Shown here in pieces: positions 20,364 through 29,074 of a stretch of DNA of 44,586 nt. Numbering within the stretch: the first letter of the stretch is position 1; every line of letters begins with the position of its first letter. Source of the DNA: Chitinophagales bacterium (GTDB lineage: Bacteria; Bacteroidota; Bacteroidia; Chitinophagales; Saprospiraceae). The DNA is taken from contig JAAFHO010000001.1 in NCBI GenBank assembly GCA_013297575.1, positions 1 to 44,586 of the forward strand. Direction: 5' to 3'. The notes beneath the pieces are model-generated. The model was not told where the DNA came from and searched no databases. It was given only the letters and a program-made list of their open reading frames with translations. The position numbers and the translations under genes are program-made.

Positions 20364-21764
20364 TTAATGTTGGAACAAACCCAACTCTTTAATCAGTTCG
20401 GCCACCTTTTCAGGCACTGAAGACTCCCAACCGGGTTGTTTTGCTTGAACGGCCTTCAGCACATCTTTATGAAAAATGTGTAATACCGCTGGATCATACG
20501 TTTTGATATCCACAATATTACTGTTTTCCAAAAGATAATCATACAAACTATGAATAGCGTAAGGAACATTTACCTTTTTTGCTGTAATAATCTCTTTACT
20601 AATGTCCTGTAATGCAGGATAAATATAAAAACGAACGTTACGCGGGAATAACTCACCAAAAGCAGCCAATAAATTATCCGAATGCTGTTCACAGGTCTCT
20701 TTTACAATAATTTCCAGTTTTCGGACACCCATTGCCATGCCAATACGAGGGACTTTATAATCCAAAAAATATTTTATTAAACGTTTGTGCTCCATACAAT
20801 CTGAAACAATAACAGTTTGCCCCATTGCGCATAAAAGCGTTGCTCTATCTATAAAATCGCGTTCATCTACTTCATTGGTACCATTCTTTAGGTTATCTAA
20901 GGTAATTTCAGTCAGAAAGTCGGCTTTTTCGCGATCCACATCTGGTTCATCTAAGAACTGTTCGTACGCATGCCTAATCATATCCTGCTGCACTAAAGTT
21001 GGTGGGCGATAACTACCGCGAGCAATCAATATCGAATGTCGATACAGAAATTCACCTGCGTGCATACTATTGCCATCTTTACCAAAAATTGCAACAGGCG
21101 ACAAACCATTTTTCACCATCCAAAGACAAACCAAACGATTATCAACCGTCGGGAAATCGGGGCCAGTAAGCCGTACCATATCAATAGATGCACGCCCTCG
21201 AAGATTGTCCATCAAACTGGTTACTAGCGTCTCTGGGTCATTAAAGTACCTAAAAACCGCATAAACCATATTTACCCCCAAAATACCGATAGCTTGTTGC
21301 TGTAATCGGTTATCTTGGTCTAACATACGTACATGGACGATCAAATCGTTTGGTGCGGCACTGGGTTGTAATTGAAATCGAATACCTAGCCAACCATCAC
21401 CTTTGATTGTTTTTGTATAATTAATGGCGGTCACTGTATCGGCAAAAGCAAAAAAGGTATGACTTGGTCGCTCTTCCCGCAGACGATGCTCCATAAGCCC
21501 ATATTCATGGTCGAGCATTTTATAAAGTCTGCTTTCGCAAACGTAGCGCCCCTTCCCTACTAGTTCGGGGCCATATATTTCATCGGAAACAGTTTTGTCA
21601 TAAGCGCTCATTGATTTGGCAATTGTACCTGCCGCAGCACCTACTTGAAAGAAATAGCGGGCTACTTCTTGCCCAGCACCTATCTCGGCAAAAGCCCCGT
21701 AAATGGGTTCGTCTAAATTAACCTCAAGTGCCTTTTGTTCAGTTTCTAATACTCTGCGTGTCAT
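20364..21764 (-). CDS. conserved protein of unknown function
   Basis: 466-aa ORF with a conserved-looking N-terminus (IYGAFAEIGAGQEVARYFFQVGAAAGTIAKSMSAYDK). I do not recognise a catalytic family with confidence. Confidence 0.7.
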   Translation of the reverse strand: MTRRVLETEQKALEVNLDEPIYGAFAEIGAGQEVARYFFQVGAAAGTIAKSMSAYDKTVSDEIYGPELVGKGRYVCESRLYKMLDHEYGLMEHRLREERPSHTFFAFADTVTAINYTKTIKGDGWLGIRFQLQPSAAPNDLIVHVRMLDQDNRLQQQAIGILGVNMVYAVFRYFNDPETLVTSLMDNLRGRASIDMVRLTGPDFPTVDNRLVCLWMVKNGLSPVAIFGKDGNSMHAGEFLYRHSILIARGSYRPPTLVQQDMIRHAYEQFLDEPDVDREKADFLTEITLDNLKNGTNEVDERDFIDRATLLCAMGQTVIVSDCMEHKRLIKYFLDYKVPRIGMAMGVRKLEIIVKETCEQHSDNLLAAFGELFPRNVRFYIYPALQDISKEIITAKKVNVPYAIHSLYDYLLENSNIVDIKTYDPAVLHIFHKDVLKAVQAKQPGWESSVPEKVAELIKELGLFQH

Positions 21765-21786
21765 AGCGCAAATTTATTTAAAATAA

Positions 21787-22596
21787 TTAATACATAGACA
21801 TAGGGTCTTCTCCTGAAACCCGGAAGCCTTCGTCAAAACCATCCATTAGTGCTATATCTTCTGCTGATATAGAGAAATTTAACACCTCAAAGTTTTCCAA
21901 TAGTCTTTCTTTTGATGATGATTTGGGAATGGTAGAAAATTTATGATCTAACCCCCATCTAATGAGCATTTGAGCGGGTGATTTACCGTATTTTCGGGCA
22001 ATTTCAAGCAGTTTCGGGTCATCGAAACGTTTGCCCCTGACAATAGGAGACCAAGCCTGCATCAGTATATTTTTAGCAATACATGCTTCTACTAAATCCT
22101 TTTGGTATAGATAAGGGCTCAATTCACATTGGTTCACCATCGGTATGATATTAGCGTAACCTTCCATTTCTTGTAAAAAAGGAAGCGCAAAATTACACAC
22201 TCCAATAGCCCGAACGGCCCCTTCTTCATATAACCGCTCCATTGCACGCCAAGTTTCGGCGCGCGTACCTTTAATTGGCCAATGCATGAGGTACAAATCA
22301 ACGTAATCTAGCCCCATAAGCGTACAACTCTTTTCGTACGCGCGCAAGGTACTTTCATAACCCTGATCGTCATTGGCCACTTTTGTGGTGACAAAAACAT
22401 CATTTCTAGCAATACCCGATGCAGCAATGCCTGCACCAACTGCGGCTTCGTTCTGATACATAGACGCAGTATCAATAAGTCGATACCCTATTTCGAGTGC
22501 ATTTTCTACTGTTTTTTGTGCTTCTTCATCCCACATTGCCCAACAGCCCAAGCCGAGTAAAGGCATTTCGATGCCATTGTGTAATTGATAAACCAT
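21787..22596 (-). CDS. aldo/keto reductase (2,5-diketo-D-gluconate reductase-like)
   Basis: 269 aa with AKR motifs (GLGCW, YRLIDTA..Y.NE, LDYVDLYLMHWP, IPKS...R..EN). Confidence 0.88.
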   Translation of the reverse strand: MVYQLHNGIEMPLLGLGCWAMWDEEAQKTVENALEIGYRLIDTASMYQNEAAVGAGIAASGIARNDVFVTTKVANDDQGYESTLRAYEKSCTLMGLDYVDLYLMHWPIKGTRAETWRAMERLYEEGAVRAIGVCNFALPFLQEMEGYANIIPMVNQCELSPYLYQKDLVEACIAKNILMQAWSPIVRGKRFDDPKLLEIARKYGKSPAQMLIRWGLDHKFSTIPKSSSKERLLENFEVLNFSISAEDIALMDGFDEGFRVSGEDPMSMY

Positions 22597-22623
22597 AGTT
22601 ATTTTTAAATTAAAAATAAAAAT

Positions 22624-23211
22624 TTAGGCTTCGAGCAAATCAAAGATCTCCTCTACCTCATCAAAAGATTTTACCCCTACAGCCTCTTCATCCCCACCAG
22701 TAAGGCTAATACCATACGGCAAAACGTACCTCAAAATATCTGGTAGCGCACCAGGATCTGCATCAAACTGTAGAATAATTGGGATAGAGGTATGTGCGAG
22801 CAAGTCTTGCATATCCAACCAAGATACGCTAGCATCGTTCAGTTCTAGTAAAAGTGCTGTAATATTTTCAGTATTTGGCGGTTCAATAGTATTTGTTTGT
22901 TCGCGGAGGAGTATTATTTTGACGATAATTTCGGGCGCTTCTATTTGTGCATGTCGCAGGGTATCAGGAACAATAACAGCACCTAAATTATAAAACCGTA
23001 CCGCCTCGTTAATGATCTCTACGGGAGTGCCTTCGTTAAATTCGCCAGTAATGATAGGGCCTTCAACCCACTCGCGCATGGCCTGCATGTACATTGGATC
23101 AAGATACCCTTCCGTTCCAACCTCCATATTAAAAGCGAGGTATGCTACGTCTTTTGCTGCAAAATAACGAGCATCGGTAAGGTTAGTGATTCGGCGTGCG
23201 AGTACTTCCAT
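22624..23211 (-). CDS. hypothetical protein, weakly TrpF (phosphoribosylanthranilate isomerase)-like
   Basis: The 195-aa ORF has an N-terminus, RITNLTDARYFAAKDVAYLAFNM, that loosely resembles the PRAI pattern GIT..eDa..a...Ga..lGf.f. The functional call is tentative. Confidence 0.35.
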   Translation of the reverse strand: MEVLARRITNLTDARYFAAKDVAYLAFNMEVGTEGYLDPMYMQAMREWVEGPIITGEFNEGTPVEIINEAVRFYNLGAVIVPDTLRHAQIEAPEIIVKIILLREQTNTIEPPNTENITALLLELNDASVSWLDMQDLLAHTSIPIILQFDADPGALPDILRYVLPYGISLTGGDEEAVGVKSFDEVEEIFDLLEA

Positions 23212-23224
23212 CTTTTAGTTTTAT

Positions 23225-23400
23225 AGTTTTTAGTAAAAACTTAGCCGCTCCCATTTCGGCCAAAAAAGGTCAGTTTTTGCCCATGCTTCACCGTTTTTTT
23301 CGTCCGATGCGCTGCATCGAACTCAAAAAAGCGACTCGCCTGACCAAAAACTGTCTGCTTTTTTGATCCGAAACCGCTGGCTAAGTTTTTACAGTTTTTA
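23225..23400. mobile_element. MITE-like element: 160-bp imperfect palindrome with 14-bp perfect terminal inverted repeats, flanked by 8-bp direct repeats
   Basis: The terminal repeat gtaaaaacttagcc (23233-23246) is the reverse complement of ggctaagtttttac (23379-23392). A central hairpin cgatgc-gct-gcatcg sits at 23305-23319. The direct repeat agttttta abuts both ends (23225-23232 and 23393-23400). Confidence 0.45.
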
Positions 23401-23496
23401 ATAGATGTAGCCTATGTTCAGCATAAATACATTCCTAAAAAACATATTCACGAGGCGACAAAAAGGCCACCGCGTGAATATGAAAAAAAGCGATCA

Positions 23497-25056
23497 TTAT
23501 CCATTCATCCGAATTTCGTCTTCACTTCCGTCAAAGAACCGGTATTGATTGATGTGAAAATCGGATTGTGGAATAATTTTAATCCACTTATGGAACTGCA
23601 AGAACCATTTGAATTGTTTGCTTTTAAAGAAGCCTCCTTTTTTCAAAAATGCTTCAATATAAGGATGAACATGGATCCGAATATCAGATTTTGGTCTAGA
23701 TTGAATGATAAACTGAAGATCGCGGTCAATATCATCTGTGAGCAATATAGTAGGGTTGATCTTACCCGTACCGTTACAGGACGGGCACTCCTCAGCGGTA
23801 TTCATCTCGATTTCTGGCCTTGTCCGCTCCCGTGTGATTTGCATCAAACCAAACTTCGACAAAGGTAGCACGGTGTGTTGTGCACGATCTTTGCGCATGA
23901 AATCTTCCATCGCTTTGGCGATCTGTCTCTTATGCTCTGCGTTTTTCATATCGATAAAATCGATAACAATAAGTCCCCCAATATCACGCAATCGAATTTG
24001 CCGGGCTATTTCCTGCACCGCTTCAAGGTTAACAGAAAAAATCGTCTGTTCCACATCATTAGAGGTGATTTTGTGTCCGCTATTCACATCAATGACGTGC
24101 ATCGCTTCCGTTTTATCAATCACCAAATAGGCCCCACTACCCATAGTAGCCGTTTTACCAAAGGATGCTTTAATTTGTTTTGTAACGGAGTATTGTTCAA
24201 AAATAGGCTTAGTACCGGTATAATGCTGAACAATTTTCACCTGATCTGGGCTAATATTGGCGAGATAATCTCTAATATCAGCGTACATTTCCTTTTCGTT
24301 TACTACAATTTTACTAAACGAATCGGTGAGCAAATCTCTTAAAACGCTACTTGCTTTATCTATTTCGCTAAGTAATCTTTCGGGGGGGGTTACCGTTTTT
24401 AATTGCTTGTAAATTTCCTCCCAACGCGCCATTGTATGGACGACTTCTTCGTGCAACTCTTGCGTTTTTTTGCCTTCGGCTGCAGTACGCATAATGATAC
24501 CAAACCCTTTTGGCCGAATGCTTTCGGCCAGGGTATGCAAGCGTTTACGTTCTTCAGGATTGGCTATTTTTTTTGAAACCGAAACAATGTCGTTAAAAGG
24601 AGTCAGGACAATACTTCTACCGGGAAGCGTTAATTCGCACGAAAGCCTAGGGCCTTTTGTAGAAATAGGTTCTTTTAAGATCTGAATAAGGATTGGATTG
24701 CGCTTATTCAAGACCTGATCTACTTTTCCGGTCTTTACGATTTCCTCTTCTAACTTAAAATTATCTAGTTTGTGGGTATTGATTGATCCATTTACGACAC
24801 CATTTGACCATTTGACCACAGATTTTAATTTTGGGCCAAGATCAGTATAGTGCAAAAAAGCGTCTTTCCGATGTCCAATATCAATAAAAGCGGCATTTAA
24901 TCCGGGCATCATTTTGCGGATTTTGCCGACAAAAATATCACCTACCGAAAAAGTATTATCGTTTTTCTGGTAGTGAATTTCAACGAGTTTCCCTGCTTCC
25001 AGCAAGGCCATCTCTATACCTTTTTCGGAGGCATTAATAATAAGTTCTTTTTCCAC
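23497..25056 (-). CDS. rng: ribonuclease G/E family (Rne/Rng)
   Basis: S1 domain and catalytic core motifs are present (FVGKIRKMMPGLNAAFIDIG, VIDVNSG, IGGLIVIDFIDM, CPSCNGTG). The GTG at 25056 (VEKELIIN...) is preferred over the TTG at 25092. Confidence 0.88.
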   Translation of the reverse strand: MEKELIINASEKGIEMALLEAGKLVEIHYQKNDNTFSVGDIFVGKIRKMMPGLNAAFIDIGHRKDAFLHYTDLGPKLKSVVKWSNGVVNGSINTHKLDNFKLEEEIVKTGKVDQVLNKRNPILIQILKEPISTKGPRLSCELTLPGRSIVLTPFNDIVSVSKKIANPEERKRLHTLAESIRPKGFGIIMRTAAEGKKTQELHEEVVHTMARWEEIYKQLKTVTPPERLLSEIDKASSVLRDLLTDSFSKIVVNEKEMYADIRDYLANISPDQVKIVQHYTGTKPIFEQYSVTKQIKASFGKTATMGSGAYLVIDKTEAMHVIDVNSGHKITSNDVEQTIFSVNLEAVQEIARQIRLRDIGGLIVIDFIDMKNAEHKRQIAKAMEDFMRKDRAQHTVLPLSKFGLMQITRERTRPEIEMNTAEECPSCNGTGKINPTILLTDDIDRDLQFIIQSRPKSDIRIHVHPYIEAFLKKGGFFKSKQFKWFLQFHKWIKIIPQSDFHINQYRFFDGSEDEIRMNG

Positions 25057-25413
25057 TAAGGAATAAATGATTTGCAGGCAAGTTACCCCCAAAGAGTGCC
25101 GGAAGCTGATTCGATCATGTTTTGTCGAAAAACAAGAATGCAGAGGTAGTAATAAATCAAGGAGGAGTAGTCAAATTTCGCAATAATTTGGTCAAATGGT
25201 AGAAGGCAATTGGTATTGGGAGCGAAAAATCTACAAAAGGAGGCTTCGAAAGGGAAGAAGCCCAAAAAACTTGATAGATACTAAAAACTGCACAAGGGGG
25301 CTTACATTGGCCCTATGGAGCGGGAAAAGTGGTGCCGTCTGATGCGAAAAGTACCTAAAAGAAAGGGTTAGGGAAATAACAAGAGATTGATCGGAAACCA
25401 CTTGAAAACCGCG

Positions 25414-25452
25414 AAAAAGGAATTTCCTGGCACTTTGTACCAAGGAAATTCC
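25414..25452 (-). terminator. intrinsic terminator downstream of the small basic-protein gene
   Basis: On the minus strand a ggaatttcc / ggaaattcc 9-bp stem is followed by TTTTT. Confidence 0.55.
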
Positions 25453-25531
25453 CTGCAATTCGACGAAAGTAATCTGTGCTGTCCCGGCAAATATTACATC
25501 AGGTGATGTACCATTGCCCTGTGTTCAGGCA

Positions 25532-25627
25532 CTAGCGATTCTTCTTCTTATGACGGTTCTTACGAAGGCGCTTTTTGCGCTTGTGTGTTGCAATTTTGTG
25601 ACGTTTACGTTTTTTTCCGCAAGGCAT
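25532..25627 (-). CDS. 31-aa Lys/Arg-rich mini-protein (AURKAIP1/COX24-like, bS22-type ribosomal protein candidate)
   Basis: Manual translation gives MPCGKKRKRHKIATHKRKKRLRKNRHKKKNR*. It is too short for the ORF track. The sequence matches the conserved MP.GKKRKRHK.ATHKRKKRLRKNRHK family seen in Bacteroidota. Confidence 0.75.
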   Translation of the reverse strand: MPCGKKRKRHKIATHKRKKRLRKNRHKKKNR

Positions 25628-25768
25628 ACTGCTACTTTAATGTTTGTAAGGAGTGTCTTGGAGACTTTAGACAGAAGACATATAATATAAGACCCAAGGA
25701 TCTTAATGATATTATGTACTTTTGACTTTTATCGTTTCTTAACTCCTAAGTTATGAATTAATGATATA

Positions 25769-26551
25769 TTATTTTTGGCATTTTACTGCCATTTCTTGTG
25801 CTTTTTGCATATTTCCAGCCCCTTCATACGCTTTTGATAAAAGGCAAGGCGTATTAGAATTATTTGGATCGAGGGTCATTGCTTTTTCTAGTCTTTGAAT
25901 TGCGCGATCCCACTGATTTGTTTTAATCGCCAATCTACCCAAGGCATTATAGACAGCCGGTTCATTTGGGTATTTTGTTTCTAGATCTTTCAACATTAAT
26001 ACCGCTTGCATTGGATTATCAGGAGGCGGGTTTTCAGCGTAAACTAAGGCTAAATTTACCCGATGCTCTGGCTTTTCTGGTGCAAGTGAAGCCGCACTTT
26101 CAAATGCTGTGACTGCTTTAGCAGCGGTATAAGCACGAATTAGTTGATTATCTTTAGCGGCTACCAATCCTTGATAGTATGTTCCTCCGGCAACAGACCA
26201 TGCTTGAGGGGTATTTTCTAATATCGCTACGGAATCAGCATAACCACCAGCAATAGGTATATTGCCAAAACGATACCAAAAACCAGATAATGATTTAAGC
26301 GCTTCTGATTTCTCTTTATCCTGCTTGGCATTTTGACTAGATAATTCTAGTGCTTCTAATTGCGATACTTGTGTGCCGGACAAGTGCTCTTTTGCATCTG
26401 CCAGCAAAGTAGAAAAACTAGTTGCTTCGCCTTGGATACTCCTTGAACGATCTGTCGTTTTTTGTTCCTTATTTTTTGTCTCAAACCCTAGCCAAAGCGT
26501 AAAAAATAATGCAACCGAAACGCCGACAACAATCCACTGTAGTTTGTTCAT
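25769..26551 (-). CDS. tetratricopeptide repeat (TPR) protein with N-terminal membrane anchor
   Basis: The anchor MNKLQWIVVGVSVALFFTLWLGF gives the start at 26551. The C-terminal half contains TPR-like repeats (AVYNALGRLAIKTNQWDRAIQRLEKAMTLDPNN). Confidence 0.75.
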   Translation of the reverse strand: MNKLQWIVVGVSVALFFTLWLGFETKNKEQKTTDRSRSIQGEATSFSTLLADAKEHLSGTQVSQLEALELSSQNAKQDKEKSEALKSLSGFWYRFGNIPIAGGYADSVAILENTPQAWSVAGGTYYQGLVAAKDNQLIRAYTAAKAVTAFESAASLAPEKPEHRVNLALVYAENPPPDNPMQAVLMLKDLETKYPNEPAVYNALGRLAIKTNQWDRAIQRLEKAMTLDPNNSNTPCLLSKAYEGAGNMQKAQEMAVKCQK

Positions 26552-26598
26552 AGTGTTTATTTTCAATATCGCTGCTTTAGCGATCAAAATCGGAGAAA

Positions 26599-26910
26599 TT
26601 AATCATCCGACTCATCTTTTGGAAGAGAATGCACTCTTTGCTTCACTTCTTCTGTAAATACCTTAGCCGGTTTAAAGGCGGGTATGTAATGTTCGGGAAT
26701 ATTAATAGATTTCCCCCTTTTAATATTACGACCCACCTTAGCAGCGCGTTTTTTGATTATAAAAGAGCCGAATCCACGGACATAAACATTTTCTCCATGC
26801 TCCATGGTATTCTTGATTTCTTTAAAAAGAGCCTCGACTGTAACCAGTACATCAACTTTTGAAATGCCAGTCTTCTCCGATATGGCATTTACAAGGTCAG
26901 CCTTTCTCAT
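26599..26910 (-). CDS. HU/IHF-family DNA-binding protein
   Basis: 103 aa with the HU fold pattern (MRKADLVNAISEKTGISK...VRGFGSF...R.GRN..T...I.IP....P.FKP). Confidence 0.88.
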   Translation of the reverse strand: MRKADLVNAISEKTGISKVDVLVTVEALFKEIKNTMEHGENVYVRGFGSFIIKKRAAKVGRNIKRGKSINIPEHYIPAFKPAKVFTEEVKQRVHSLPKDESDD

Positions 26911-27166
26911 GATTTATCGTGTTGATTTTGAATAAACTATAAACAAATAAGATAGTCCCGAAAAACGAGGCACAAAGTTCCGATAATTTTTCGGTCTAGC
27001 AAGCATTTTGTTAAAAAAATCATACTAAACTTTAAAAAAAAATAATTCATGGCTTCATCGTTCGTTATATCCCGTGAAATTCGTGTGCAAACTCCGTTGA
27101 CTTTATGAATCTACCAAACTTTCTACGATTTTTTTTTTATTTAGGGTATATTTTATTACATCTTAG

Positions 27167-27174
27167 TACATTTG
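27167..27174 (+). promoter_or_regulatory. -7 promoter box (TAcaTTTG)
   Basis: Exact TAnnTTTG match, 48 nt upstream of the yicC start. Confidence 0.4.
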
Positions 27175-27222
27175 CCCCATAATAAATACCAACTTTTTAA
27201 CGCATCTTAATCCAAACTATGT

Positions 27223-28098
27223 ATGCTTTTATCCATGACCGGCTACGGACGGGCTATTGGTTCTTTTGGCGATAAATCCATCGTTGTTGAACTCCGATCA
27301 CTCAACAGTAAAGTTACAGATATAAAAATCCGGATTCCAGGCGAGTATCGGGACAAAGAATCTGAAATCAGAAAACTCATTACCGACCATGCTGAACGTG
27401 GCAAGGTTGACATCAATATAGACCTACAAAATTCGGATGGCGCTGCACCTGTTAGCCTTAACGAACCGCTTTTTAGGGGTTATTATTTGGCTATTTCAAA
27501 ATTGGCCGATGAATTAGGTTTAGAGAAAAAAGACATTCTTTCCTCAATTATGCGTATTCCGAGTGTCATGGGGTCGCAGGGCAACGAAACCGATGAAGAA
27601 GAATGGTTTGTTCTCCGTTCTATTATATCAGAAGCATTGGAGGCGCTAAAACTTTTCCGTCAAGAAGAAGGAAAAGTAATTGAACAAGACCTGCGCCTAC
27701 GCATTAAAACGATTACAGATATACTGGATACGGTTACTCCTTTTGAGCAAGAACGTTTCGTGCGTATGCGGGAACGCATGCGCAACAATATGGAAGAAGT
27801 GTTTGGCAGAGAAAATCTAGACTCTAATCGCTTTGAACAAGAAGTATTATACTATCTTGAAAAGATGGATATGAGTGAAGAAAAAGTCCGACTGGCACAA
27901 CATTGTAAATATTTTTTAGAGCAAGTCGATGACAGTAAACTATCTGCTGGCCGTACTTTGGGCTTTATTACCCAAGAAATGGGTAGAGAGATCAACACAT
28001 TGGGCGCTAAAGCTTATGATGCCAATATCCAAAGATTTGTAGTACAAATGAAAGATGAGTTGGAAAAAATAAAGGAACAGATCGCGAATGTGCTCTAA
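27223..28098 (+). CDS. yicC: YicC-family stress-induced protein
   Basis: N-terminal SMTGYGRA and C-terminal EMGREINTLGAK...Q..VV.MK.ELEKIKEQ..N are YicC N- and C-domain hallmarks. Confidence 0.88.
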   Translation: MLLSMTGYGRAIGSFGDKSIVVELRSLNSKVTDIKIRIPGEYRDKESEIRKLITDHAERGKVDINIDLQNSDGAAPVSLNEPLFRGYYLAISKLADELGLEKKDILSSIMRIPSVMGSQGNETDEEEWFVLRSIISEALEALKLFRQEEGKVIEQDLRLRIKTITDILDTVTPFEQERFVRMRERMRNNMEEVFGRENLDSNRFEQEVLYYLEKMDMSEEKVRLAQHCKYFLEQVDDSKLSAGRTLGFITQEMGREINTLGAKAYDANIQRFVVQMKDELEKIKEQIANVL

Positions 28099-28105
28099 AA
28101 TCTTG

Positions 28106-29074
28106 TTATGCTGACTTAGGATTAAGGACAATTAGCCCCCATTTTATACGATTGCTCCATCGTGCCATATCACAAACTAGTTCCTTTTGGGAAAAAGCCT
28201 GTACATCAAACAGGTCTTTATTTTTAATTTGTAGATCGAGTAGTTGTGCTAATGCGACCTTACCTAAGGCGTATAGTAGAACTATTAATGCCTTTAATTG
28301 CTTTTTATTACGTGTACCAACAGGGATATCGGCTAAGGAGTCCTGTAATTGATGATAGAACATATCATGAACCTGGGTCAAACGTCGAATATCATTGCAT
28401 TGTGTCACTAATGTAGTAATATCGGAGACGCGGTCGTAATAAACATCGTAAATGTCATTAATAATTTGTGCATAAGCCCCTAATTCGTAAGCAGCCTTTG
28501 CAATAGCCGCCCCGCCATACTCTTGAGTGATGATATGCCATCCAAATACGACTGAAATACCTCCTTTTTCCCGCGTTAGGGTAAGTAGGTCATCTTCTGA
28601 TAGCCCTTTTGCCTTTTGGTGAATACTTTCGGTTTGAACGGCCAGGGTATGCCCCCAGTAATGATTCCATTCAAATCCGCCCTCTTTATAAAAATGAATT
28701 GCACACTTGGATTCAGGCTCAATAGGAAAGGTTTCGCCCCGTACTAATGGCATAATTTGTTCTGTAGTATAATCATATTCATCTATCATATCATCAAATG
28801 TAGGGGTAATGCCACATAATAAGGTAGAACGCTTGATCTGCTTTTGATCCATCTTAATACCCGTAAGTAGTATGTAAAAATATTCAATAACCAAAAAAAC
28901 GGGTATGTATTTCCTCAATCGTTTATGTATATTAGCGGGTATTTTACGCGTTTGGAGCGCTTCACAGGATAACTGGGTTAAATACTTTTCCCTAGTTTTA
29001 TAGTACCGAAATACATAAAACGTTGCACCAATTAACCCTGTAATTGTGAGCCAATATCTGTAAATATGGCTCAT
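28106..29074 (-). CDS. membrane-anchored protein with squalene/phytoene-synthase-like Asp-rich motifs (tentative class I isoprenoid-synthase fold)
   Basis: 322 aa with two N-terminal hydrophobic helices. It carries FDDMIDEYD (res 93-101) and LGAYAQIINDIYDVYYD (res 198-214). The latter resembles the LG.A.Q..N..RDV..D motif. The start ATG overlaps the upstream stop (TAATG). Confidence 0.4.
   Translation of the reverse strand: MSHIYRYWLTITGLIGATFYVFRYYKTREKYLTQLSCEALQTRKIPANIHKRLRKYIPVFLVIEYFYILLTGIKMDQKQIKRSTLLCGITPTFDDMIDEYDYTTEQIMPLVRGETFPIEPESKCAIHFYKEGGFEWNHYWGHTLAVQTESIHQKAKGLSEDDLLTLTREKGGISVVFGWHIITQEYGGAAIAKAAYELGAYAQIINDIYDVYYDRVSDITTLVTQCNDIRRLTQVHDMFYHQLQDSLADIPVGTRNKKQLKALIVLLYALGKVALAQLLDLQIKNKDLFDVQAFSQKELVCDMARWSNRIKWGLIVLNPKSA

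Noticed and set aside
20080-23211. A functional link between the TrpR-like YerC-family gene and the weakly TrpF-like gene (a tryptophan regulon)
   Set aside because: The genes lie on opposite strands and are separated by two unrelated genes. The TrpF resemblance is weak, so there is no sequence evidence for a shared operator.
25083-25458. Two overlapping minus-strand ORFs (60 and 75 aa) in the rng upstream region
   Set aside because: The translations are low-complexity and Phe/Leu/Ser-rich, as expected from a pyrimidine-rich strand. There are no recognisable motifs, and one ORF overlaps the terminator hairpin.
28106-29074. The idea that the 322-aa protein is the detached HD domain of the upstream PgpH-like protein (a simple gene fission or frameshift)
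   Set aside because: The translation has no H...HD...D metal-binding pattern, and it begins with its own transmembrane helices. It looks like a different protein family.
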